Shown here: positions 43,154 through 53,500 of the stretch, piece after piece
Numbering within the stretch: the stretch's first letter is position 1
How the letters are laid out: each line of letters opens with the position of its first letter
Source: an uncultured Bacilli bacterium
GTDB lineage: Bacteria > Bacillota_I > Bacilli_A > RF39 > UBA660
Reading direction: 5' to 3'
Length of the DNA: 64,000 bases
NCBI GenBank assembly: GCA_910579455.1
Contig: CAJTUT010000005.1
Location: 1,593 to 65,592, forward strand
Made by a program: the position numbers and the translations under genes
Notes under the pieces: model-generated
The model's input: the letters and a program-made list of their open reading frames with translations, nothing else
Database searches by the model: none
What the model was told of the DNA's origin: nothing

Positions 43154-43206
43154 AATGTCAGTTTTTCTAACTTTAAATATGATGGTTTAAGTTTGGGGGA
43201 TAATGT

Positions 43207-45057
43207 ATGCAACAAACTTCTGAAGTTTATTTAACAGAAAAATATGTATCAAAAGAAAAGTGGGAAAAGTTAATCAAAGTTATAGCAAAATATAATGGAA
43301 CACTAAAATCTTTTCAAATAATCGTAGAGCTTTCTAATCAAAAAATAAAATATTATTTAAAAACAAAATGTAATCTTCCACCTTCTATAAATAATTTATC
43401 TTCCTTTTTAATCAAACCGGTTAGGAAAAAAAATAATTCTAGAATTCAACAATCAATTCCATTTTTTATATCTGCCAATAGCAATTTTTTTCATATTTTA
43501 GAGACATTAGAAGTAAAACAAAAAGGAAGGGTTTCTTATATTGAGATCCATTTTAGAAAATTATATCAAGATTGTATTAAAACAAGAACTTATTTATATT
43601 TAGAAAAAAATCATCAAGTAACAAGGCATAGAGTTTTTTGTTGTATACCTACTAGTATCCTATCTTTAGATTTTTCAAAAAATACAAGATATCTTTATCA
43701 ATCAGCACCAAAATATTTAGATATTAGTAAGATTATGCATCTTTTAAGTAGTGATTCTACTTCTTCCATTTTAAATGTAGATACTTTTCCTTATTTACAA
43801 GGAAAATTTTATTTAAATCAAAATCATTATAATTTTGATAAACATTCGATTATTATAGGTTCTAGTGGCTGTGGAAAGTCAAAATTTATTAGTTTATTCA
43901 TCAATAATATAAGAAAAAATAGAAAAACCTATCAAAAATATAAAGTTGTTCTAATAGATCCCCATGCATCCTTAGAAAAGGATATTGGGGGAATCGGAAA
44001 AGTAATTGATTTTCAGGCATCAGAAGATAGTATTGATTTATTTCAAGATAAAAGTGAAGATGTAGTATCTCAAGCAGAACTATTATTGGAACTGTTTCAA
44101 TCTTTAATTTGTGATCAATATAATTCAAAATTAGAAAGACTATTAAGACATAGTATCCATCTTCTTTTAATTGGAAATTGTTTTAATTTTACTAACTTAA
44201 GAAAAATTATTTTAGATAGTGAATATAGAATAGAAATTTTAAATCAGTCAAAAAACAAAATTCCATTTAGTATTACTTCTTTTTTCTTAGCAGATTTTAA
44301 TGATTTAAAAACAAAATCTTATGGAGAAGCAATATCCCCATTGATTGCTTTTTTAGATGAAATGGAAATGATTCCAGTTTTTAATAATCAAAACAATTCT
44401 CATCACCTAAAAAAAGTAATTGATGATAATTTTTTAACTTTATTTTCCTTAGATAGAACTAAACTAGGTGATAAAGTAACCAAAACAATTTCAGGATTGA
44501 TCATGCAACAGCTACTTCTGTTAGCTCAAAGCTATCAAATAGATTCTCATGTCATCTTTATCATTGATGAAATTTCAACTGTAGAAAATCCAATACTTCC
44601 TAGATTTTTATCAGAAGCTAGAAAATATAACCTATCTTTAGTTTTAGCAGGACAGTACTTTAATCAAATCTCAAATAGCTTAAAAGATGCTATATTTTCC
44701 AATGTTTGTAATTATTATATATTTAGAACTTCAAAGATGGATGCTAGGGTATTAGTAGACAACTTTAATATGAAAATACCATTAGAAGATAATGATGATA
44801 AAAAAATGAAATTATTAACCGATCTAAAAGCAAGAGAATGTGTGGTAAGAATAGATGCCAATGGAACACTGCTTCCAGCATTTAAAGCAAGAACTCTAGA
44901 TTTTAAAAGTATCCCTAGAATCACTAGGAATAAAGAAAATGTATTAGAAAAGTCACAACAAAAAGAATTAAAAGATTTTAAATTTAATTTAGGTCAAGTT
45001 GATTTAAAGAGTATTTTAATATCAAATTCTTCTAGTAGAAAGGAGATAAAAAAATGA
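43207..45057 (+). CDS. HerA/FtsK/VirB4-superfamily P-loop NTPase (DUF87-like) with a 200-aa N-terminal domain
   Basis: 616 aa; Walker A IIGSSGCGKSKF, Walker B HVIFIIDEIS, then ARKYNLSLVLAGQ (the RKyG..Q sensor typical of the HerA/VirB4 clade); GGGGGA RBS. Confidence 0.7.
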   Translation: MQQTSEVYLTEKYVSKEKWEKLIKVIAKYNGTLKSFQIIVELSNQKIKYYLKTKCNLPPSINNLSSFLIKPVRKKNNSRIQQSIPFFISANSNFFHILETLEVKQKGRVSYIEIHFRKLYQDCIKTRTYLYLEKNHQVTRHRVFCCIPTSILSLDFSKNTRYLYQSAPKYLDISKIMHLLSSDSTSSILNVDTFPYLQGKFYLNQNHYNFDKHSIIIGSSGCGKSKFISLFINNIRKNRKTYQKYKVVLIDPHASLEKDIGGIGKVIDFQASEDSIDLFQDKSEDVVSQAELLLELFQSLICDQYNSKLERLLRHSIHLLLIGNCFNFTNLRKIILDSEYRIEILNQSKNKIPFSITSFFLADFNDLKTKSYGEAISPLIAFLDEMEMIPVFNNQNNSHHLKKVIDDNFLTLFSLDRTKLGDKVTKTISGLIMQQLLLLAQSYQIDSHVIFIIDEISTVENPILPRFLSEARKYNLSLVLAGQYFNQISNSLKDAIFSNVCNYYIFRTSKMDARVLVDNFNMKIPLEDNDDKKMKLLTDLKARECVVRIDANGTLLPAFKARTLDFKSIPRITRNKENVLEKSQQKELKDFKFNLGQVDLKSILISNSSSRKEIKK

Positions 45058-45752
45058 GTGATGAAAAAACATTAGAAATAGTAAATAAGATTTTTAAAAA
45101 TGTATTTGGAAGGGAAAATCATAATTCGTTAGATGAAATATTAGAAAAATTTGCCTTTGATATCAAACTACCAAAAAAAGTAAGAGACTCTGTTACCAAT
45201 GAAATTACTTGGGCAGACTCTATCAATAGTGGAAAATATATCACTTTAGAAAATATGCAAGCGAAAGATCAAAAAGATGGTTGGATGGTAGAAAAAAGAG
45301 AAGTAAATAATTTAGAAGATTTAGTTAGAATCTGGAATAGTATTAATTTAACGACAACAGAAAGAGTTTATGATTCAGAAAATGTTGCTAAAAGTGATAC
45401 CATTTATGGATGTGAAAATGTTTATAGATCAACCGATTGCAGGGGTTCTAAAAATATGATTTTTTGTGACTCCTGCGGATCAAGCGAATTTCTATTAGCA
45501 TCTCAAAGAAGTGGATCTTCAAGTTTTTGTATTAGAACAGATGATTCTAAAGATTGTAGTAATAGTTATAATGTAGTCTGTTCTAACAAAATTATGAATT
45601 CGTTCTTTATTCAAGATTGTTTTGATTTATATGAATGTATCTTTTGTTCTCATATAGCAAGTAAAAAATATTGCATTGCCAATATGCAGTTTGAGGAAGA
45701 AGAATATTTTTTAATCAAAAATTCTATTATAGATTGGATTTTAAATTCTTAA
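45054..45752 (+). CDS. Cysteine-rich hypothetical protein, translationally coupled to the ATPase
   Basis: 232 aa; ATGA start/stop overlap with the upstream gene; C-terminal 110 aa carries 12 Cys at a roughly 9-residue periodicity (C120, 129, 138, 141, 159, 168, 176, 189, 195, 198, 207). Confidence 0.6.
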   Translation: MSDEKTLEIVNKIFKNVFGRENHNSLDEILEKFAFDIKLPKKVRDSVTNEITWADSINSGKYITLENMQAKDQKDGWMVEKREVNNLEDLVRIWNSINLTTTERVYDSENVAKSDTIYGCENVYRSTDCRGSKNMIFCDSCGSSEFLLASQRSGSSSFCIRTDDSKDCSNSYNVVCSNKIMNSFFIQDCFDLYECIFCSHIASKKYCIANMQFEEEEYFLIKNSIIDWILNS

Positions 45753-45837
45753 AATAGAAAAAGAGGATGATTCTAAAAGATTTTCTTCTCTTTTTTTTGT
45801 TTTATGCTATAATATAGGAGATTTAGGAAGTGGTAGA

Positions 45838-47193
45838 ATGGATGATAATATTGTTGCAATAGCAACCTCTTTAGGAGTGGGTGCTATCTCTATTATTAGA
45901 TTAAGTGGAAAAGAAGTCATAAAGATTACAAATTCAATTTTTAAGGGAAAAAATTTAGAAAGAGTGAACTCCCATACCATAAATTATGGATATATTGTAG
46001 ATCAAGAAGAAGTAATTGATGAAGTACTAGTATCTGTGATGAAGGCTCCTAAAACATATACCAAGGAAGATATTATAGAAATTAATTGTCATGGAGGAAT
46101 TGCCACAACGAATAGAATATTAGAACTAATCTTAACAAAAGATGTACGTCTAGCTGAACCAGGAGAATTTACTAAAAGAGCTTTTTTAAATGGAAGAATT
46201 GATTTAACAGAGTCAGAAGCAGTGATGGATTTATTAGAAAGTAAAACAGAAAGTGCAAGACATTTAGCAATATCAAACATTCAAGGAAAGACCCATGAAA
46301 TGGTAGAGGATTTTAGAAATAGACTGAAAGATTTACTCTCATCTATAGAAGTCAATATTGATTATCCAGAATATCATGATATTGAGATTATAACAGTAGA
46401 TAAAATAAAAGGACAAGTAAAACAGATGAAACAAGAATTAGAGATCATTATAAAGGAATCAAAAAATACAAAAGTATTAAAGGAAGGAATTTATACTTTA
46501 ATTATTGGAAGACCTAATGTTGGAAAAAGTAGTCTTTTAAACCAATTTTTAGAAGAAGAAAAAGCAATTGTAACCAATATTCCAGGGACAACAAGGGATA
46601 TGATAGAAGGACAAGTCATATTAAATGGAATCTCTTTGAATATGATAGATACTGCTGGGGTTAGGAAAACAACGGATCAAGTAGAAAAAATAGGGGTAGA
46701 AAAAAGTTTATCATTAATCAAACAGGCAGATTTAGTAATTGTTGTTTTAAATGGATCAGAAGCTTTGACAAAGGAAGATCAATATATTTTAGAAAAAACA
46801 AAGGAAAAAAACACTATTGTAGTAATTAATAAAAATGATTTAGAACAAAAATTAAAAACAGAAAAATTAAATGATTTTACATTAGTAAGTACTAATACCA
46901 ATCATATAAAAGGAATTCAACCTCTAAAAGATAAAATAATAGAATTATTTGAATTAGATAAAATCAGTTCGAAAGACTATATTTATTTTTCAAATATAAG
47001 ACAAATATCAAAGGCAAAAGAAGCCCATCAAAAATTAATAGAAGTAGAAGAGGGAATAGAAAACAAGTTACCAATTGATATGATCGAGATAGATTTAAAA
47101 GCATGTTTTGATTTTTTAGGAGAAATTATAGGAAAAACATATAGTGATGAAATTATCGATCATTTATTTGAAAAGTTTTGTGTAGGAAAGTAG
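45838..47193 (+). CDS. mnmE: tRNA modification GTPase MnmE
   Basis: 451 aa; G1 GRPNVGKSSLLN, TTRD, DTAG; C-terminal CxGK (CVGK). Confidence 0.95.
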   Translation: MDDNIVAIATSLGVGAISIIRLSGKEVIKITNSIFKGKNLERVNSHTINYGYIVDQEEVIDEVLVSVMKAPKTYTKEDIIEINCHGGIATTNRILELILTKDVRLAEPGEFTKRAFLNGRIDLTESEAVMDLLESKTESARHLAISNIQGKTHEMVEDFRNRLKDLLSSIEVNIDYPEYHDIEIITVDKIKGQVKQMKQELEIIIKESKNTKVLKEGIYTLIIGRPNVGKSSLLNQFLEEEKAIVTNIPGTTRDMIEGQVILNGISLNMIDTAGVRKTTDQVEKIGVEKSLSLIKQADLVIVVLNGSEALTKEDQYILEKTKEKNTIVVINKNDLEQKLKTEKLNDFTLVSTNTNHIKGIQPLKDKIIELFELDKISSKDYIYFSNIRQISKAKEAHQKLIEVEEGIENKLPIDMIEIDLKACFDFLGEIIGKTYSDEIIDHLFEKFCVGK

Positions 47194-47200
47194 GAAAGAT

Positions 47201-47863
47201 ATGAAAATAGCGGTTATTGAACGTATCGAAATGGATTTAGAAAGAGATCCATTTAACAGGAGACTTTTTTTAAGTAGTCATTTTCAAGATCTATTTGAAA
47301 AATTAAATATTTTGTGGATTCCAATTGTGTCAGACAAGTTTTCCAAGGAGATATGTGCAATGTGTGATGGTTTATTAGTAACTGGAAGTGCAAATGATGT
47401 TCATCCTAAATATTATAATGAACAGGTATTAAAAGGGAAAGAATACATCCATGATGAATTTCCAATAGTAAAAAAGGCTGTTGAAGTTTTTTCTAAAAAT
47501 AATAAGCCAATACTAGGTATTTGTGCAGGAATACAAGAAATAAATGTAGTATATGGTGGAACATTAAATCAACATATTGGGAATCATGATTTAAAAGAAG
47601 GGGAATATCATAAAATAGAAATTAAAAAAGACTCACTATTATATGACATATATAAAAAAGAAGGTATAGAGGTAAATTCCTATCATAAGCAATCGATTAA
47701 AAAGGTAGCACCTGGATTTAAAGTAGGAGCAATTAGTAGTGATGGAGTAATAGAAGAAATAGAAAAAGAAAATGTCATAGCAGTCCAGTGGCATCCAGAA
47801 GTAGTATATGATATGAAATTATTTGAGAAATTTATCAATATGTGTAAAGAAAGTAGTGATTAG
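47201..47863 (+). CDS. Class I glutamine amidotransferase-like / peptidase C26 (gamma-glutamyl hydrolase family)
   Basis: 220 aa; nucleophile motif ILGICAGIQE; His/Glu in VQWHPE; inserted between mnmE and mnmG. Confidence 0.7.
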   Translation: MKIAVIERIEMDLERDPFNRRLFLSSHFQDLFEKLNILWIPIVSDKFSKEICAMCDGLLVTGSANDVHPKYYNEQVLKGKEYIHDEFPIVKKAVEVFSKNNKPILGICAGIQEINVVYGGTLNQHIGNHDLKEGEYHKIEIKKDSLLYDIYKKEGIEVNSYHKQSIKKVAPGFKVGAISSDGVIEEIEKENVIAVQWHPEVVYDMKLFEKFINMCKESSD

Positions 47864-47864
47864 A

Positions 47865-49745
47865 ATGAAGTATGAAGTAGTTGTAGTAGGAGGGGGGCAT
47901 GCTGGATGTGAAGCATCCCTTGCAACATCAAGAAAAGGACATAAGACTTTATTAATTACAGGAAATATAAAAAATATTGCAGATATGCCTTGTAATCCTT
48001 CCATAGGAGGACCGGCTAAAGGAATTGTCGTAAGAGAAATTGATGCTTTAGGTGGAGAAATGGGAAAATGTGCAGATAAAGGGGCAATTCAAGTAAAAAT
48101 GCTAAATACCAAAAAAGGTCCTGCTGTACAAGCCTTACGTGCCCAAGAGGATAAACATATTTATCCAAAAGAAATGTTAAAAGTTCTAAATAATCAAGAA
48201 AATTTAGAGATAAAAGAGGCAATAGTAGAACATTTAATAGTAGATAATCAAAAGATAAGGGGTATTATATTAGAAACTGGTGAAGAAATAGAATCAGATA
48301 TCGTAATATTAACGACAGGAACTTATTTAAAGGGAAGTATATTAGTAGGAGATAAGAAAACACCAGGTGGCCCCCATGGAGAAAGGGAATCTAAATTTTT
48401 ATCGGATGACTTAAAAGCACTAGGGTTTAAGATTCTACGATTAAAAACAGGGACTCCTCCAAGAATAGATATAAATAGTATTGATTACAAAAAAACAAGC
48501 TTAGAACCAGGGGATGATCAAAAGTTAACCTTTTCCTATGACAATAAAGCTTATTATGACTATAAAAACCAAGTGCCATGTCATTTAATTTATACAAATG
48601 AATGTACTCATCAAATAATCAAAAAGCATCTAAAAGAATCTTCTATGTATGGAGGTCATGTAGAAGGTGTTGGACCAAGATATTGTCCATCAATTGAAGA
48701 TAAAGTAGTAAGATTTTTTGATAAAGAACGTCATCAATTATTTTTAGAACCAGAAAGTAATATAAAAGAGGACAAAGAATATGGGAATACAATCTATATT
48801 CAGGGTTTTTCAACGAGTATGCCAGAAAAAGTTCAAGAACAAATGGTTCATAGTTTAAGTGGTTTAGAACATGCCAAAATATTAAAATATGCCTATGCAA
48901 TAGAATATGATGCCATTGACTCAAAACAATTAAAACAAAGCTTAGAAACAAAATTAGTAGAGAATTTATTTACGGCAGGACAAATAAATGGAACAAGTGG
49001 TTATGAAGAAGCAGCGGGCCAAGGTTTAATCGCGGGAATTAATGCAGCATTAAAATTAGAGGGAAAAGATCCGTTAATATTAAAAAGAAATGAGGCATAT
49101 ATCGGGGTATTAATTGATGATTTAGTAATCAAAGGGGTAAAAGACCCTTATAGATTGTTGACTTCCCGTGCAGAATATCGCCTACTCCTACGACATGACA
49201 ACGCAGATATAAGACTTAGAGATTATGGATACCAAATTGGCTTAATTAATCAAGAAACTTATCAAAATTTTATAGAAAAAAAGAGGCAAATAGAAGAAGT
49301 TTATCAGAAACTAAAAGATATTAGAATAACTCCTAAAAAAGAAATCAATGAGTATTTAGAAAATATAGGAAGTAGTACACTAAAAGATGGAATTAGCCTT
49401 TATGAATTATTAAAGCGTCCAGAGATTTCAGTGGATGATATAAAACACTTTATAAAGTTAGATTATAGTCTAGAAGTATTAGAACAGGTAGAGATTAATA
49501 CAAGATATGAAGGGTATATAAAGAAAGCATTAAAAGATGCAGAAAAGATGTTAAATCTGGAAAATAAAAAGATACCAGAAAACATAAATTATGAAAATAT
49601 ACCGAATATTGCTAGTGAAGCAAAACAAAAACTATCAGAAATTAGACCAACTACTATTGGACAAGCATCACGCATTAGTGGAGTAAATCCTGCTGATATT
49701 TCTATTTTGATGGTTTATTTAAGAAAGAATGGTCATGATGAATAA
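47865..49745 (+). CDS. mnmG: tRNA uridine 5-carboxymethylaminomethyl modification enzyme MnmG (GidA)
   Basis: Start at MKYEVVVVGGGHAGCEA (FAD GxGxxG); the track ORF begins at an upstream TTG; roughly 627 aa. Confidence 0.95.
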   Translation: MKYEVVVVGGGHAGCEASLATSRKGHKTLLITGNIKNIADMPCNPSIGGPAKGIVVREIDALGGEMGKCADKGAIQVKMLNTKKGPAVQALRAQEDKHIYPKEMLKVLNNQENLEIKEAIVEHLIVDNQKIRGIILETGEEIESDIVILTTGTYLKGSILVGDKKTPGGPHGERESKFLSDDLKALGFKILRLKTGTPPRIDINSIDYKKTSLEPGDDQKLTFSYDNKAYYDYKNQVPCHLIYTNECTHQIIKKHLKESSMYGGHVEGVGPRYCPSIEDKVVRFFDKERHQLFLEPESNIKEDKEYGNTIYIQGFSTSMPEKVQEQMVHSLSGLEHAKILKYAYAIEYDAIDSKQLKQSLETKLVENLFTAGQINGTSGYEEAAGQGLIAGINAALKLEGKDPLILKRNEAYIGVLIDDLVIKGVKDPYRLLTSRAEYRLLLRHDNADIRLRDYGYQIGLINQETYQNFIEKKRQIEEVYQKLKDIRITPKKEINEYLENIGSSTLKDGISLYELLKRPEISVDDIKHFIKLDYSLEVLEQVEINTRYEGYIKKALKDAEKMLNLENKKIPENINYENIPNIASEAKQKLSEIRPTTIGQASRISGVNPADISILMVYLRKNGHDE

Positions 49746-50379
49746 AGAAGAATTTGAAGAAGAAGTAAAGAATTTAGGAATAAATTTAAATGAAGAACAA
49801 AAAGAACAATTAGAAAAGTTTTATGAAATATTAATTGAAGAAAATAAAAAAATCAATTTAACTAGAATTATAGAAAAAGAAGATGTCTATCTAAAACATT
49901 TCTATGATAGTTTAACCATTGTTAAAGAAACAAATTTAAAAGAAGTAAAAACCTTATGTGATGTAGGTAGTGGAGCAGGGTTACCTGGAATTGTATTAAA
50001 AATTATTTATCCTCATTTAAAAGTAACATTACTAGACTCACTATTAAAAAGAGTAAATTATTTAAATGAAAGCATAAAAAAATTAAAATTAGAAAATATA
50101 GAAGCAATCCATACAAGAAGTGAAAATTATCAAGGACAGTTCGATGTAGTAACATCAAGAGCAGTGGCTAATCTAAAAAAATTAATTCCTTGGTGCATTC
50201 ATTTAGTAAAAGAGAACGGAATGTTTATTGCCATGAAGGGAAATATAGAGGAAGAAACAATAGATATCAACCAACTATTAAAAAAATATCATTGTGAAAT
50301 AAAAAAGATTAATAAATTTGTATTACCCAAGGAAAACAGCAATAGAGCCTTAGTAGTGATTAAAAAAAGTAACCATTAG
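49729..50379 (+). CDS. rsmG: 16S rRNA (guanine527-N7)-methyltransferase RsmG (GidB)
   Basis: 216 aa; SAM motif DVGSGAGLPGIVLKI; overlaps the mnmG stop. Confidence 0.9.
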   Translation: MVMMNKEEFEEEVKNLGINLNEEQKEQLEKFYEILIEENKKINLTRIIEKEDVYLKHFYDSLTIVKETNLKEVKTLCDVGSGAGLPGIVLKIIYPHLKVTLLDSLLKRVNYLNESIKKLKLENIEAIHTRSENYQGQFDVVTSRAVANLKKLIPWCIHLVKENGMFIAMKGNIEEETIDINQLLKKYHCEIKKINKFVLPKENSNRALVVIKKSNH

Positions 50380-50551
50380 GATAAATATTTAATATTATAG
50401 TGATATAGAAATTAGAGATTATCCATAGAAGTCAATAAAGAATAGATCAATTATAAGAAAAAGATAAATGGTATTCATCATTATATGTATCAAGAAACAA
50501 ATTATTTATTAGTTACAAAAGGAATATTACTAAAAGTATCGTAGATTAGAG

Positions 50552-53500
50552 GTGATATTTATAGAAAATTTAGAACAATTATTAAAAAAAGAGATTAAAA
50601 AGTATCCTGTATTACCTGATGAAGAACAAATGTTGTTAGCAAAACAATATAAAAAAAGTGGAGACAAAAAATCTTTTGAAAAATTATTTCATCATAATTT
50701 AAGATTATGTTTAAAAGTATCCTACAAATATAGCGGTAAATTAGAAAGTATGACTTTTCTAGATTTATTTCAAGAATGTAGTATCATTTTAATGAATGCT
50801 ATTAAACATTATAATCCAACTGGGGAAGCAAAGTTTTCAACATATGCAATGTCTGCATTAGAAAAAACGATAAAAAACAGAATATTTGAATTAGATAAAA
50901 CCATACGAACACCAGTATATAAAGAAGAACAAAAAACAAAATATTACCAGTTTATAACCGAATATAATCAACAGTACCATAAAAATCCAACTAAAAAAGA
51001 AATAAAGGAAAAACTAGGGCTTAATGATGATCAGTTAAAAAATTTAGAAATGAATATAGGACAAAAATCCATATCATTAGATCAAAAAATTTCATCTGAG
51101 GAAGATTCCGTTGAGTTAATAGAATTGATACCAAATAAGAATAATGATTATAAAGATATAGAATCAAGTTATGATATGAATATCTTAAAAAATAAATGTG
51201 TACAGATTCTAACTAAAGAAGAGTATTATATTATTTATTATAGGTATATATCAGAAGAAAGAAAAACATTAGATCAAATAGGAAAAGAATTTAATCTAAC
51301 CATAGAAAGCATTAGGCAAGTAGAAAAAAAGGCTTTAGAAAAGTTAAAACGAAGAATAAAATCTAAAAAAGTAAATGATAAGTATAATAAAAACTTAGAT
51401 CCACTTTCTATAGATACGACTATTCTTTTAAACGAATTAAAAAAATATTTATCAAATGAAGAATATTTTATTTTATATTCTACTATAGTACAAGAAATGA
51501 GTACTGACATCAGTACCGAAGATCATGTGCATGATCTTCAAATATTAGATTTAGATAAAGAAAAATTATTAGATATCAAAAAATATTTACTAGAGGTTTT
51601 TAATCATTATAAAAAAGAAAAAAATCTTGAATGTTTAAGGGATAATTATCATAAAAACTATACAGTTGCACAGATTATGGAGCTAAATATAAATATAAGT
51701 TCAAGAGATTTGATGGATTTTCATTTACTAGAACAGTATTTCCGAACAGTGAGTATAGAGGAGATTAAGAATACTAAATATTATGAAAATCTTTCTTTAA
51801 AAAATCAGAAGTTAATACAAAAATACTATGATTATAATGATCGATATTTGAGAAAAAGTGAGATAAAGCAAATAGAACAGGAGTTAACATTAGAAAAATT
51901 TGGATATTTAGAAACAGAAAAAACTTTATATGATAGAAAAGAATTACAAAAAATATATCTAAAAAATAGAGAAATTTTAACACAAAAAGAGCAAGAAATT
52001 CTAGGAGTAATTTTATTTAGAAATAATCAATCCTATAGTCTAAAAGAATCTACCAGACAAAAATATATAAATAGATTAATAAAAATAGAATTTAAAATCA
52101 AGGATTTTTATCAAAATAAAATAACAAAAAAACAAATAGAACAAATTTTAGAATATCATCCAAATTTGCTATCACAAGATGAGAAAGAACTAATATGTAA
52201 AAGTTATGGAGTTAATCAAGATAAAATCAGTTTGAAAGAGTTAGCAAAAGAGTATTCTGTCTCTTATGAGGAATTACACGATAAAGTATTTACTTTAAAA
52301 AATAGAATATTATGTAAATATTATCAAATTACAGAAGGAAAAAAAGATGAGTTACCAGAAGATGAGAAAAAACTTTACCAGATGTATCTCTCAAACGTAC
52401 AGTATGAATTTTCTGTGGATACTAGAAGAATTTTAGGAATGTTTCTATCTGGAAAGAATTATCAAGAGATTGCTACTATAGAAAAGATATCTATAACTAA
52501 AGTATCAAATTTTATCACAGAAGGACTTCGAAAATGTGAATTTTATAAATATGGAATTATAGTACCTTTTCTCATACAAGAAGAGGAAATAGATATAGTC
52601 TTGCAACTACATCAATATAGTGAAATAAAAAAGAAACTAATAAAAGAGAGATACTTAAAGTTAAAAATGTTAACTGAGTTATCAAATGAATATCATATAA
52701 ATAAACAAGATATAAGCAAGCTAAAGGAAAAATTTTATGATCAATATTTAAAATGGAAATGTCCACAAATTTCAATCAATCAGTATGAAGAAGAAATAAA
52801 AAGGCATCAGGCAGATTCAGTATTAACAGAAGAAGAAAAAAGCATGGTAGCATTTAAATATGGAATTAAGTGCGAATATAATCCAATGGGAAAAAAAGAA
52901 AAGAATCAAGAAATTGCTGATCATTTTTCTATTTCATTAAACTGTTGTAAGGCAAAAATAAACTCTTTCAATAGAAAAATGAGAGAAAGAATATTAAGAT
53001 TAACTATGCCCAAATATGGAATTATTAGAAGAGATGAAATGAGAAAAATCCTAAACAATAATCCTTTATTGATAAGTGAAAAGGAAAGGGATATTATTTG
53101 TCATACAAATGAATTAAATGGTTATTGTTATTTGAGTGAAACCGAGTTAAAAGAAAAATATCAAGAGAGATCTAATAACTTCAAACGAAGATATGATAGA
53201 GCGGTACTTTCAATAAAAAAATATCAAGATAATCTCCTTCCAAGGAAAATTGACTATCAAAAAGATATAAAAAATATAGAACGATATTTTAGTAAATATG
53301 ATAGAAAACTATTAGAAATGATTTATAACCAAAGATTAACAGAAAAACAAATAGCTGAAAAATTAGAAATCACTGATTTTCAAAGTAGACAAAAAATAAT
53401 TAAAATTAAACTTGATGTTGCAGAAATTTTAAACGATGAACCCCAAGCAAAAATGTTTGATTTTGATTATGCACGTAAAGTAATAGATCAAGAAGACTTA

